A stretch of 64,000 bases of DNA from positions 2,336,001 to 2,400,000 of the forward strand of contig CBDDIJ010000002.1 in assembly GCA_965228855.1 (NCBI GenBank). The letters are read 5' to 3'. A model generated the notes under the pieces. That model saw only the letters and a program-made list of their open reading frames with translations, ran no database searches and had not been told where the DNA came from. The stretch comes from Candidatus Obscuribacterales bacterium (GTDB taxonomy: Bacteria; Cyanobacteriota; Vampirovibrionia; Obscuribacterales; Obscuribacteraceae). Numbering within the stretch: position 1 is the first letter of the stretch; each line of letters begins with the position of its first letter. This document shows positions 48,665 through 58,554 of the stretch, one piece after another. Both the position numbers and the translations under genes were made by a program.

Positions 48665-50472
48665 CAGCTAACTTCGTCCATCATCGTCGCTGTTTTTTCT
48701 GAATCGACCCTATTCCACAATTCAGCAAGGCGTCCATTTTTGTCGAGCAACGATCGCAAGCTACCGTGTTCTACAATTCGACCATCATCGAACACATAGA
48801 TGTAGTCGAACATATCCAGCAGGTGCAATTTGTGTACGGCTGAAATGATGCACTTATCCTTGAACGTCTTAAGCAGATTCTCGTAGATGATGTGCTCATT
48901 CTGCTGGTCCACGCTGCTTGTTGGCTCGTCGAGAAGAACGATATCACTGTCTTGCGCGAAGAAGATTCCGCGCGCTAGTGCAAGACGTTGTTTTTCGCCG
49001 CCGCTCAAGTTTATGCCTTTCTCGGCGATATTAGTTTCCAATCCTGCCGGCAGGCGAGCGAGTACGTTGTCGAAACGTGCCAGGCGTATAGCTTCCTGAA
49101 CGTCCGTTTCATCAGCTTCTACGCCGAACGTTATGTTAAAGCGAATGGTGTCCGCAAAAATTTCTGGATCTTGCGGCATCAAAGTAGTGCATCCGTGCAG
49201 GCATTTTAGCGCGCCCGGCAACTCTACACCGTCGCGTTTCAATCTGGCATTGTCAGTGTACTGTACGCCTCGAATTAGGCTCAGCAAGGTACTTTTACCG
49301 CTACCGCTCTCACCTACGAATGCAATCGCTTTTCCACGTTCTAAAAACACATCTATCTCGGTAAGATGATGCGAGCGATGTTTCTCATCTTCGTAAATGA
49401 AGTCCAAATCGCATATTTCAACGGACCTCCAGTCCTTTGGCAGGTCGAATTTCTCAGGTGTGTCGGCGCGTTCTGCGTGTGCTGCTTCCAATGTTTCAGC
49501 ACTTTGAACATCGGCTGCTTGCCGTGTCACTGAACCATATAACCAGGCAAAGTTGTAGAACGAATCACCGATGCGACGAAGGTATTCGAACAGAGTGAAG
49601 AACGTGCCTGCCAGCAAGACTTTGCCTGTGGAGAGCGTATCGTGGGTGTACCATCCGAGCACAACGACAACCATAACTCCAATCGTAACGGTCGTCAGGC
49701 ACCATTTGATCTCGACCAGGTTATTGTTATGTTTAAACAGGTTCAAAGGCGCGTTCAACCGTCGCAATACCTCGGGCAATACTCGCTGCTCAAGCCGCAA
49801 GGTAATGACGGTCACAATGTTGGTGATGTAATCATGTATAGCGGATGCCGTAGTATTGTCAAACTTGTTCAGCTCTTTGTAGTTGTTATAGAGCAATCTA
49901 TCGAACCAGAAAATGATACCGACTGAGGTGGCAGCGATGGTGAATGAAACCGCTCCAGCAACAGGCATGAAGCACATCAAGACGATTTGTGCTCCAACCA
50001 GTCGGAACAGCATGTACGCGACTTCGAATGTGTTGTCGAAAAACTCGGTCAGCGCGATTGATGCACGATTGATTTTGTCGATGCTCTCACCGGAGTGATG
50101 CTCTCGGTGCCATTGCATTGGAAGCTCAGTGATCTTTCGAAACATCGAACTTTTGTAATTGACCTTTATATGGAAAGCAACGAATCGCTCGATTAAACGT
50201 GCGGGACCGTGGAATATCCAGAAGCCGACCTGTGTGAGAAAGTAAATGAACAAATAGAACAAAATGTCGTGTTCTAATTGCTGATGATCCGCGAAGTTTT
50301 TTGTAGCGCTTATTTGGACGCAGTTTATCACCTGACCGATGACGAACGGCTCTGCAAGCATGATAGCTTGAGAGGCTGCGTACATAACCAGATAGCAAAG
50401 AAACAGTGGGCGATAATTTTCAGCATATCGCCAGCCGGTGTAAAGCAAGTAGATGATTGGGTTTTTGCTCAT
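48661..50472 (-). CDS. ABC exporter, fused permease/ATPase
   Basis: N-terminal TMs, GESGSGKST, LSGGEKQR, LLDEPT. Confidence 0.94.
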   Translation of the reverse strand: MSKNPIIYLLYTGWRYAENYRPLFLCYLVMYAASQAIMLAEPFVIGQVINCVQISATKNFADHQQLEHDILFYLFIYFLTQVGFWIFHGPARLIERFVAFHIKVNYKSSMFRKITELPMQWHREHHSGESIDKINRASIALTEFFDNTFEVAYMLFRLVGAQIVLMCFMPVAGAVSFTIAATSVGIIFWFDRLLYNNYKELNKFDNTTASAIHDYITNIVTVITLRLEQRVLPEVLRRLNAPLNLFKHNNNLVEIKWCLTTVTIGVMVVVVLGWYTHDTLSTGKVLLAGTFFTLFEYLRRIGDSFYNFAWLYGSVTRQAADVQSAETLEAAHAERADTPEKFDLPKDWRSVEICDLDFIYEDEKHRSHHLTEIDVFLERGKAIAFVGESGSGKSTLLSLIRGVQYTDNARLKRDGVELPGALKCLHGCTTLMPQDPEIFADTIRFNITFGVEADETDVQEAIRLARFDNVLARLPAGLETNIAEKGINLSGGEKQRLALARGIFFAQDSDIVLLDEPTSSVDQQNEHIIYENLLKTFKDKCIISAVHKLHLLDMFDYIYVFDDGRIVEHGSLRSLLDKNGRLAELWNRVDSEKTATMMDEVSC

Positions 50473-50626
50473 TCACCTAATCGTACAAGAAATCATTTAA
50501 AAGAACGCGAGTCATTAATAACGTCAGTAATAAACTGGAATTATCACAATCCGGTCACATGGAAGTTCCGGCGTGAAAAATCTTTTGCGGGTCGCCTAAA
50601 ATGGACCAACGCGAGGTCATACAGAC

Positions 50627-51430
50627 ATGAAACCAAGAAATATTACCCTTACTATTTTTACGTTGACCGCTCTGGTCGGACCATTTCAGTTTCCTACTCC
50701 GGCAAGGGCGGAAGACCCATATGCCGCCGGAATGAAGTATTTTGAAAAAAGTGATATGCGTAATGCTGTCACGCAATTCAACAAAGCGATTCAAGCGAAA
50801 CCGACCGACGCGAATTTGTATAACAAACGCGGCGAAGCCTATGAGTTTCTGGACCAGCGCAAAAACGCTCGTAAGGATTACAATAAAGCGATTGCTCTCG
50901 ATCCCAAGAACGCCAGAGCTTATTTCAACCGTGCGCATCTTCTTAGAGGCGAGAACAGCTTAGAAAACGCAATCGCTGACTACGATCAGGCCGTCAAGTT
51001 TGATCCTAAAATGGTTGACGCCTTCGGTGATCGCGGAATGCTCTATAAGGAGTTGGGCAAAACTGACTTAGCAATCAAAGACTTCACCTCAGTCATCGCT
51101 GTCGATTCAAAATTGCGATGGCCACTGGTTCAACGTGGTCTCATCTATCTGGATGCGAAAAAATTTGACAAAGCAATCGCGGATTTCGATCAAATAGTGA
51201 AGTTGGATCCGAAGAATTTTGACAGTTACGAACTCCGTGGTCGGGGTTATTACGTCAAAGGCGATTACAAAAAAGCGATTGAAGATTTTACGCGGGTGAT
51301 CAAAATGAGCCCGGACTACGCGGGTGGTTACAAGTACCGATATGATGTTTACGTGAAAATGGAAGGCAAGAATTCCAAAAACGCGAAAGCGGATTTGGCA
51401 TTAGCCAGGAAGCATGGATATTCGCCCTAG
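50627..51430 (+). CDS. Secreted TPR repeat protein
   Basis: Signal peptide; several YxxRG...AIxDF/Y...DP TPR units. Confidence 0.9.
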   Translation: MKPRNITLTIFTLTALVGPFQFPTPARAEDPYAAGMKYFEKSDMRNAVTQFNKAIQAKPTDANLYNKRGEAYEFLDQRKNARKDYNKAIALDPKNARAYFNRAHLLRGENSLENAIADYDQAVKFDPKMVDAFGDRGMLYKELGKTDLAIKDFTSVIAVDSKLRWPLVQRGLIYLDAKKFDKAIADFDQIVKLDPKNFDSYELRGRGYYVKGDYKKAIEDFTRVIKMSPDYAGGYKYRYDVYVKMEGKNSKNAKADLALARKHGYSP

Positions 51431-52455
51431 CTGATTTGTTTAGTGGGCGGATGCTGGCGTAAAACCACTTCTTTTACGATCGAATCGACATGATCCATAA
51501 GCTGAATATCTTTTGTTTTGTCGTTGGGAAACAGCTTGGCGTTCAGTTGATGAAGGCGCGGGAGCAAGTGCATCTCCGGATATGTTCTACCAAGAGTGTG
51601 CTGTTCGCACCATGCCACTCGTGACAGCAAGCGTGCGCTTTCCGGTGGCGGTGTTGGAAGCATTGCAACCGGATCGATTTCCTGATCCGGCGCCGCTTCC
51701 GGTGACGGTCCATCGTCGGCACGAGCGTCGTCGGCAAAAGCAAAGCTGCGATCTTGATGATTGTCGAATGGTTTTTTACGCAAATGAATTTCGGCGTAGC
51801 GCTCGAGAGCGTCTGTGCGATTGCTGAAGTCCGGGTCTTGTGATGGTGCGCCGAACGCCTTTTTCTCCAATCGCGCTAAGCGGGTCTCAAGAGGTTGTCC
51901 GGGAAAATCTTGACCGAGAATGTTGTCTTCGAGGTAGGTCACGTGCGGATAGTCTGTGGCGTCCGTCTGCGCTTGTGTCTGCTGCTGGATGGCGCGACCG
52001 CTGCTTGCCGCCGTAGGGGGGACGCGAGGGGGATTGACTCCGGGCATGCTAGACAGCTTAGTTTCGGAGTCGTGGTTTTCCAGAATGTCAGCCAGATGAG
52101 CGACTCTTGAATCCGGCGTGCCGGTTCTTACTTCACCCAACGTGAATTTCTCCATGCGTTGAAGGCGATGATCAATAGGCTCTTGCGTGAAATCGTGCAT
52201 GAAAAAACGTTTTTCCAGTTTCTGCAGTTCAGCGCTTGTATCCGCTGAAAGTGCCGCCGATTCGCTACTTGCTTTCGCATTGTTCTGTTTCGCCGACTTA
52301 GGTGCAGGCTGTTTAGCTACCGGTACAACAGGAGCGTTGGCCGCCAACAATTGATGATGAGATTCAGGCAAATCGCCAGCTGATCTAAACGCAGATGCCT
52401 CGCCCGGCACGCTAATCGCCACGGCGGACAACAACACAAGTGAAGTCCAGTTCAT
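51427..52455 (-). CDS. Hypothetical secreted protein with three helical repeats
   Basis: Signal peptide; LEKRFF...RLQRMEK, LEDNILG...RLARLEK, CEQHTLG...RLHQLN. Confidence 0.75.
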   Translation of the reverse strand: MNWTSLVLLSAVAISVPGEASAFRSAGDLPESHHQLLAANAPVVPVAKQPAPKSAKQNNAKASSESAALSADTSAELQKLEKRFFMHDFTQEPIDHRLQRMEKFTLGEVRTGTPDSRVAHLADILENHDSETKLSSMPGVNPPRVPPTAASSGRAIQQQTQAQTDATDYPHVTYLEDNILGQDFPGQPLETRLARLEKKAFGAPSQDPDFSNRTDALERYAEIHLRKKPFDNHQDRSFAFADDARADDGPSPEAAPDQEIDPVAMLPTPPPESARLLSRVAWCEQHTLGRTYPEMHLLPRLHQLNAKLFPNDKTKDIQLMDHVDSIVKEVVLRQHPPTKQIS

Positions 52456-52606
52456 ATTCGTATCCCCGATCCGACGCCACATTATAGATCAGAGTGGTCG
52501 CAGAATCAGGTTTCAGGGAGATTCTAAACGAAATGCTATGAACGGCGGTTAAGGATTCGCCACTTATACATAATGTGTTTAGGCTGTCCTCAGCAGGAGA
52601 AGCAAA

Positions 52607-53482
52607 ATGGAATCCAAGAAAGTAGTCAGCACGCACCAGCCCAACCCGCCGCATATGGTTGGCGATGGCTTGCCTGTGCGCAATATGTTTTCCTATCGTG
52701 ACCTGGGCAAAGCGGAACTTAGTCCGTTTTTAATGCTCGATTACGGTAGTCCGTCTAAATTTCCACCGACCCAGAAAAAGTTGGGCGTCGGTATGCATCC
52801 GCATCGAGGGTTTGAAACGGTCACGCTTGTTTTTCAAGGCGGGCTTCAGCACAGGGATACGGCTGGAAACTTTGGCGAGATAGGTCCGGGAGATGTGCAA
52901 TGGATGACTGCCGGTTCCGGTGTGTTGCATGAAGAGTTGCACTCCAACGCGTTTCGCGAGTCCGGCGGCACGCTCGAGATGGTTCAGCTCTGGGTAAATT
53001 TGCCGGCCAAAGATAAACTGACTGCGCCTGCTTATCAAACCCTGCTTGCCTCTGAAATTCGAACTGTCGAAAGTTCCAACGGCAAGGTTAAAACTAGAGT
53101 TGTCTCCGGTACCATAGGCGGTACCGATGGTCCGGCGAGGACCTTTACCCCAGTCAATCTGTACGATGTAAGTTTTGAAGATGCCGGGGAGCTTGTGCTC
53201 GATCTGCCGGAGGGATTCACGACAGCGGTTTTCGTAATGGATGGAACTGTCACTATTGACGGTACCACCTCCGTCTCGGGTATCGGACTGGCGGTTCTGG
53301 AGCGCCGCGGTACGCAGCTGAAGCTCGGCGCTAATGGAAAAGCTCACTTACTGGTCATGAATGGCGAACCAATTAACGAACCGGTGGTGGGATACGGTCC
53401 TTTTGTCATGAATACTCATGAGGAAATCAGTCAGGCGATGAAGGATTTTTCGAGTGGGCGTTTCGCCGGTTCCTTGACGTAA
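52607..53482 (+). CDS. Pirin family protein
   Basis: PFLMLDY, HPHRGFETVT, VQWMTAGSGVLHEE, QLWVNLP, GPFVMN. Confidence 0.95.
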   Translation: MESKKVVSTHQPNPPHMVGDGLPVRNMFSYRDLGKAELSPFLMLDYGSPSKFPPTQKKLGVGMHPHRGFETVTLVFQGGLQHRDTAGNFGEIGPGDVQWMTAGSGVLHEELHSNAFRESGGTLEMVQLWVNLPAKDKLTAPAYQTLLASEIRTVESSNGKVKTRVVSGTIGGTDGPARTFTPVNLYDVSFEDAGELVLDLPEGFTTAVFVMDGTVTIDGTTSVSGIGLAVLERRGTQLKLGANGKAHLLVMNGEPINEPVVGYGPFVMNTHEEISQAMKDFSSGRFAGSLT

Positions 53483-53544
53483 ATGACGGAATGATTCGAG
53501 TTTAGACTTGAAAGTTGAACTCGGTCGAGTCAAACAAGATCGCT

Positions 53545-54636
53545 TCAGGAAAATTGCAGCGTGAGCTGGACGACATCGTCTTGCTCACGCTCGCTATCTA
53601 AGTTAGACAGTGCCAATCCAAGAAGTCGAGCGTTTCGAGATTCAACTTCTGTAGTGTCTAAAAGTTCGATGGCGATTTTCATGATGGTATCGAAAGTGGC
53701 GATACTTTCTATTGTTGTGCGGCTGCGCGTGACTTGTTGATAGTTCGCATACTTCGCTTTGAGCGTGAGTGTACGACCTCCGCCATTGTCGCCAATCCTC
53801 CGCACTAGCGTTTTGGCTATTTCCTCAAGAGCGTCGATCATTGAATCGCGCGATGCCAGATCTTCTGCGTAACTTTCCTCGGCGCCGACCGATTTGCGTA
53901 TGCGATTTGGCTGTACCGTTCTATGGTCGATGCCGCGAACGACCTGGTAGAAAAAACTTCCCATCTTTCCAAACTTGTCGATCAGTTCTGTTTCGCTCAA
54001 CTTCTTCAAGTCTGCTCCAGTGCGGATGCCGTGCGAAAACATTTTTTTCGCCGTTACATCGCCGACTCCATAGAATTTCTCAATTTTGAGGTTTTCCATA
54101 AAAGTCTCGACTTTGTCCGGTGGTATCAAACACATTCCGTTTGGTTTATTGATACCAGATGCGGTTTTTGCCAAAAATTTGTTGATTGAGATTCCGGCTG
54201 AGGCGGTGAGCCTTGTTTCTTGAAGAATGCGTTCTTTGATTTCCTTCGCGATCAATGTCGCCGATGGTAAACCGCGCTTGTTCTCAGTAACATCGAGATA
54301 TGCTTCATCGAGCGCGAGAGGCTCAACCAGGTCTGTATATTCGTGAAATATTCCACGAATTTGCTTTGAAATTTCATGATAAACATCGAATCGCGGTCTA
54401 ACGAAAATCAAGGTGGGGCACTTTTGAATCGCCGTGCGCGACGGCATGGCGGAAAAAACGCCGAACTTGCGCGCCTCATAACTGGCCGCGCATACTACTC
54501 CCCGCCCCTCGGGTGAGCCGCCCACGGCAAGGGGCTTCCCTCTGTATTCCGGATTGTCGCGTTGCTCTACCGATGCGTAAAAGGCATCCATGTCAACGTG
54601 AATTATTTTCCGTACAATTGGAGGACTTGCGCTCAT
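53545..54636 (-). CDS. dinB: DNA polymerase IV
   Basis: IIHVDMDAFYASVE, ASYEARKFGV, LDEAYLDV, KPNG, RKSVGAE. Confidence 0.97.
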   Translation of the reverse strand: MSASPPIVRKIIHVDMDAFYASVEQRDNPEYRGKPLAVGGSPEGRGVVCAASYEARKFGVFSAMPSRTAIQKCPTLIFVRPRFDVYHEISKQIRGIFHEYTDLVEPLALDEAYLDVTENKRGLPSATLIAKEIKERILQETRLTASAGISINKFLAKTASGINKPNGMCLIPPDKVETFMENLKIEKFYGVGDVTAKKMFSHGIRTGADLKKLSETELIDKFGKMGSFFYQVVRGIDHRTVQPNRIRKSVGAEESYAEDLASRDSMIDALEEIAKTLVRRIGDNGGGRTLTLKAKYANYQQVTRSRTTIESIATFDTIMKIAIELLDTTEVESRNARLLGLALSNLDSEREQDDVVQLTLQFS

Positions 54637-54704
54637 CGTTGCACAAATTATCGCATAGACTGTGTTAGGATGCAGCAGTTCAATTGTTGCAAAGGAGGAT
54701 GTTC

Positions 54705-55064
54705 GTGGCTGACAAAATTACTGTTTATGAAAAACCGACTTGCAGCAAATGCCGCGAGGTCAGCAAAATTTTGACTGCGCGCGGTGTAGATTTTGACAAG
54801 GTCAATTACTACATTGAACCGCTCAGCGCCTCGAAGCTGAAAGACTTGCTCAAAAAAATGGGAATTAGTGCTCGTGATTTGTTGCGCACCACTGAGTCTG
54901 TTTACAAAGAACTCGAATTGTCGAAGCGAAAAGATTTGAGTGACGACGAATTGGTGACTCTGATGGCCGAGCACCCAGATCTCATTCAGCGTCCTATTGT
55001 GGAACGTGGAGCCAAAGCTGCTCTCGGTCGACCGGTGGAAAACATCGATAAACTTTTCAGCTAG
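54705..55064 (+). CDS. ArsC/Spx family protein
   Basis: YEKPTCSKCR...HPDLIQRPIV...GRP; AAGGAGG RBS before GTG 54705. Confidence 0.88.
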   Translation: MADKITVYEKPTCSKCREVSKILTARGVDFDKVNYYIEPLSASKLKDLLKKMGISARDLLRTTESVYKELELSKRKDLSDDELVTLMAEHPDLIQRPIVERGAKAALGRPVENIDKLFS

Positions 55065-55101
55065 AGAAGAAACCATAGAAAATCTTGCTAGTGAGGATCC
55101 G

Positions 55102-58074
55102 TTGACCGAGTGGAAAGATCTTTTCCATTTTCAGTTTCCCCTGCGAAAGTATCAGCAAGACATAATCGATATCTGTAATCGAAAGCTCGCCGATGGCGAA
55201 AAACAGCTGCATATAGTGGCGCCGCCCGGCAGTGGAAAGACAATCATTGGACTGCAAATAGTATCTCAGTTCAAGTGTCCAACGCTGGTCGTTTGTCCCA
55301 ATAGCACGATTCAGGCTCAATGGGCCCAGAAGCTAGAATTGTTTTTTCCAGCGGACTTCGCCGACGTCGCCGTAAGTCAGATGGTCGGCTCGCATGAAGA
55401 CAGACCGCCTCGTCCAATAACGATTGTGACGTATCAGGCGTTGTCAGTTCCCGGGCGGGAGCAGGAGTATGTGAGCGAACTGGCGCAGGGGGAGTGGCTC
55501 GAAGAGGTTTCGCGCGAGCAAGGTACGTCCCCAGAGAGTGCAAGTGCTCGAATTGCTGAGCTTAAACTCAATAACCCCAAAGCCTACAAAAAAGAACTTG
55601 GGCGACATGTGACACGGCTTCGGAAGAGGCTCGGTGCCGTTTTAGAGCTAGAACAGGTACTGCATAGAAACGCCCTGGACTTAATTGACAAACTCAAACT
55701 GACGGAATGTCGTTTAGTGATTTTCGATGAGTGCCACCACCTCACTGACTACTGGGCGACCGTGATGGCTAAAGTGGTTGAGGCGCTTGGCGACCCGGTT
55801 ATCGTAGGGCTGACGGGAACGCCACCCGAGAAGAAAACAGCCAGCCAGCAGAACCGATATTTAAAATTGGTTGGTGAAATCGATTATCAGGTGCCCACGC
55901 CCGCACTTGTTAAAGAAGGTGGACTGGCGCCATTTCAAGATCTGGTCTATTTTACAGAGCCGACTGAAGTTGAGTTGGAGTTTTTGCGCAAGCAGCATGA
56001 TGAAATTCATCATTTGCTCGAGACTCTCAGCGGCAGCGATATAGAGTCCGCGCCGCTTTCTCGTTGGATCGTCGGTCGTATGGATGATAAAACCGGAGAG
56101 GGGCGGTGGAGCGAGTTCGTCGAGCAATCGCCGGCGCTTGCCATGGCAATGGCGCGATATCTTCATACCTACAAATTGACCTTGCCTGCTGAACTCGAAC
56201 TCTCGACGTCGGTTCGTCAGGCACCTGTTATAGATGATTGGATCGTGCTGCTGGAAGATCTGGCTCTAAACAAGCTTAAGACCAGTGATAGCGAAGTCGA
56301 CCATCAACTGCTCGAGCGGATTTCGCTGGCTCTTCGAAAAATTGGGTTCAGTCTATCGGAAAGAGGAATTCGTAAAATTGCTTCTCCGGTAGATCGCGTT
56401 TTGTCGTTCAGTAAAAGTAAGGTATCTGCAGTTTCTAAAATTCTATCGGCGGAGTTCAGCACTCTCGAGGATCGGCTCCGCGTGCTCGTAATCACAGATT
56501 TTGAGAAACTCTCTGCGACTACCGCTGTTACTGTTAGAGATGTGCTCGATGAAGAAGCTGGTAGCGCCTATGGTGCCTTTGTAGAACTTTTGCGAACGCC
56601 TGAAGGCGTTAATGTCAATCCGTGTCTGGTGACAGGTTCACGAGTTTTGATCGACGGACGAGTAGCTGACAAATTCCTTGAGGGGGCTCAAGCCTATTTG
56701 AGAGAATTGCAGGTTAAAACGTCTGTTGTCCTCGAAACTGACGAGCAAAACGGGTTTGCTCGGTTAGTGGCGGACTCGGGCAGTTTTGGCCCGCGTGTCT
56801 ACGTGGGTCTCGTAACTGCGCTTTTCGAACGTGGCATTACTAAATGCTTGATTGGAACTCGTGGAATCTTTGCGGAAGGGTGGGATAGTCAGAAACTCAA
56901 TACGATTATTGATCTGACAACGGCGACCTCTCCCGTATCTGTTAAACAATTGCGAGGGCGTGGTATTCGGCTCAACATGGACGATCCGCTGTCGGAGCGA
57001 AAAGTCGCGAACAATTGGGATGTTGTTTGTATCGCTCCGGAACTCGAAAAGGGGTTGAATGATTATCGACGATTTGTGCGAAAACATGATGGCTATTTTG
57101 GTATCGCAGATGATGGCAGAATCGAATGCGGTGTCGGGCATGTGCATCCATCGTTTTCGGAGTTGACTCCCAACGAAGTTTTTGCATCGATCGAGGACTA
57201 CAATACCGAGATGCTTCAACGCGCGTTGGTTCGAGAGAAAGTGTATGAGTTGTGGCAGGTCGGCAAGCCTTATGAGAACCGGCAGTTAGGCTGCGTTGAG
57301 ATCTCTGGTTTCAGAGAGCCTGGTATTACACCCGCGCATACCGGAGTTGTGGGCGGATACAAAGCTCATGTTTCTCAGATGCGTGGAGAGTTGAACGGTG
57401 TCTTCACGAAATATGGCGCCGTTGGTCTGGTTGTCTCGGTAGCGTCTGCTGCGGTGGTCTCTACCCTGGGTATTCCAGTGATACTAAGTGCGGTTCCTCT
57501 TTTGCTTGCTCTTGTTTTTGCTAAATTACGTCGCGAACGTGTCGAGCACCAGTTCCAACATGAACTTGTCACTCCATCTTCGAGAGAAAACGCCATCATC
57601 GCAATGGCGACCGCCGTGCTTGACGCTTTGAAAGAACGGAAACTGTTGCCTTCTCAAGTTAAACCTTCTTCGATTCAAGTGACTGTTCGCGCCGACAAGA
57701 CCTTCCGTGTTTTCCTCGATGATGTAGAAACCCGCTATTCAGATTTGTTTGTCAAATGTCTGGAAGAGTTGTTGGCTCCAGTATCCAATCAACCATACGT
57801 TGTCCCAAAGTATGAGTTTGATTCGGCTCTTCGCTCCGATCCTGACTCATTTTTTCGCAAATACATAAGTGGCGAAGCCGAGCCGGAGGTCTGCACTTAT
57901 CACGCTGTTCCCAAAATTCTTGCGCGTTCGGAAAAAGGGCGTGATGCTTTCGAGTTCGCCTGGAACCAACATGTCAGTCCCGGCTACGTAACGCCGACGG
58001 AACGCAATCCCGAGGTGCTCCAGAAATATTTTGGAATGGGACCAAGTCTGTCTGAGCGCATGCTATGGGAGTGA
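55102..58074 (+). CDS. SF2 DEAD/DEAH (ResIII-like) helicase with C-terminal hydrophobic segment
   Basis: LRKYQ, PPGSGKT, DECHH, GLTGTP, AEGWD, QLRGRGIR; start chosen at TTG 55102 after GAGG. Confidence 0.9.
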   Translation: MTEWKDLFHFQFPLRKYQQDIIDICNRKLADGEKQLHIVAPPGSGKTIIGLQIVSQFKCPTLVVCPNSTIQAQWAQKLELFFPADFADVAVSQMVGSHEDRPPRPITIVTYQALSVPGREQEYVSELAQGEWLEEVSREQGTSPESASARIAELKLNNPKAYKKELGRHVTRLRKRLGAVLELEQVLHRNALDLIDKLKLTECRLVIFDECHHLTDYWATVMAKVVEALGDPVIVGLTGTPPEKKTASQQNRYLKLVGEIDYQVPTPALVKEGGLAPFQDLVYFTEPTEVELEFLRKQHDEIHHLLETLSGSDIESAPLSRWIVGRMDDKTGEGRWSEFVEQSPALAMAMARYLHTYKLTLPAELELSTSVRQAPVIDDWIVLLEDLALNKLKTSDSEVDHQLLERISLALRKIGFSLSERGIRKIASPVDRVLSFSKSKVSAVSKILSAEFSTLEDRLRVLVITDFEKLSATTAVTVRDVLDEEAGSAYGAFVELLRTPEGVNVNPCLVTGSRVLIDGRVADKFLEGAQAYLRELQVKTSVVLETDEQNGFARLVADSGSFGPRVYVGLVTALFERGITKCLIGTRGIFAEGWDSQKLNTIIDLTTATSPVSVKQLRGRGIRLNMDDPLSERKVANNWDVVCIAPELEKGLNDYRRFVRKHDGYFGIADDGRIECGVGHVHPSFSELTPNEVFASIEDYNTEMLQRALVREKVYELWQVGKPYENRQLGCVEISGFREPGITPAHTGVVGGYKAHVSQMRGELNGVFTKYGAVGLVVSVASAAVVSTLGIPVILSAVPLLLALVFAKLRRERVEHQFQHELVTPSSRENAIIAMATAVLDALKERKLLPSQVKPSSIQVTVRADKTFRVFLDDVETRYSDLFVKCLEELLAPVSNQPYVVPKYEFDSALRSDPDSFFRKYISGEAEPEVCTYHAVPKILARSEKGRDAFEFAWNQHVSPGYVTPTERNPEVLQKYFGMGPSLSERMLWE

Positions 58075-58088
58075 TAGCGATAGATTGA

Positions 58089-58229
58089 ATCTGGTCAACT
58101 GAGTCCGAAGTGACTCCTGACGGCACTCGTGCTTACATCACCAAGGTTCGGAAAAAGTTGGAGACCGAAGGTGCAAATATCAGAATTTCAACGCGAAAAG
58201 AATTCGGTTATGTTCTCGAGCATCCTTAG
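58089..58229 (+). pseudogene. Remnant of an OmpR/PhoB-type winged-helix domain
   Basis: Translates IWSTESEVTPDGTRAYITKVRKKLETEGANIRISTRKEFGYVLEHP*, preceded by in-frame TGA; no receiver domain or start. Confidence 0.7.
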
Positions 58230-58554
58230 AATGTGCGTGCATTGATGAAATCTTCAGAACGCGACTTCGCCCGGAAAGCGCATGGTAAGCGTCTTACTCA
58301 AGGTTTACAGGGCGCGTAAAAGCCCACTGTATTTGCTTTGACACCACATTGCATATTTGCGTTGCGGTGTTTTGAGTACGATGGGCGATTGTCGATTTTT
58401 TGTTTTGATGTATGCTGATTTGAGACAACTGAAAACGCATGGTTGCATACTCTAATGCAGCTCCCCATGCGTGTTGCATCGCCCTTGGAAGTATCTTTGT
58501 TCTCCGAAAGTTTGGAAGCCGACAGGCTTGCGCTTTCGCGTGGAGATTTCTCAT

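Noticed and set aside
48661..51430. 4-nt overlaps of convergent stop codons (48661-48664, 51427-51430)
   Set aside because: Common in compact genomes; no further evidence of function.
54637..54704. SOS/LexA box upstream of dinB
   Set aside because: No palindrome matching a LexA motif I know was visible in this short divergent spacer.
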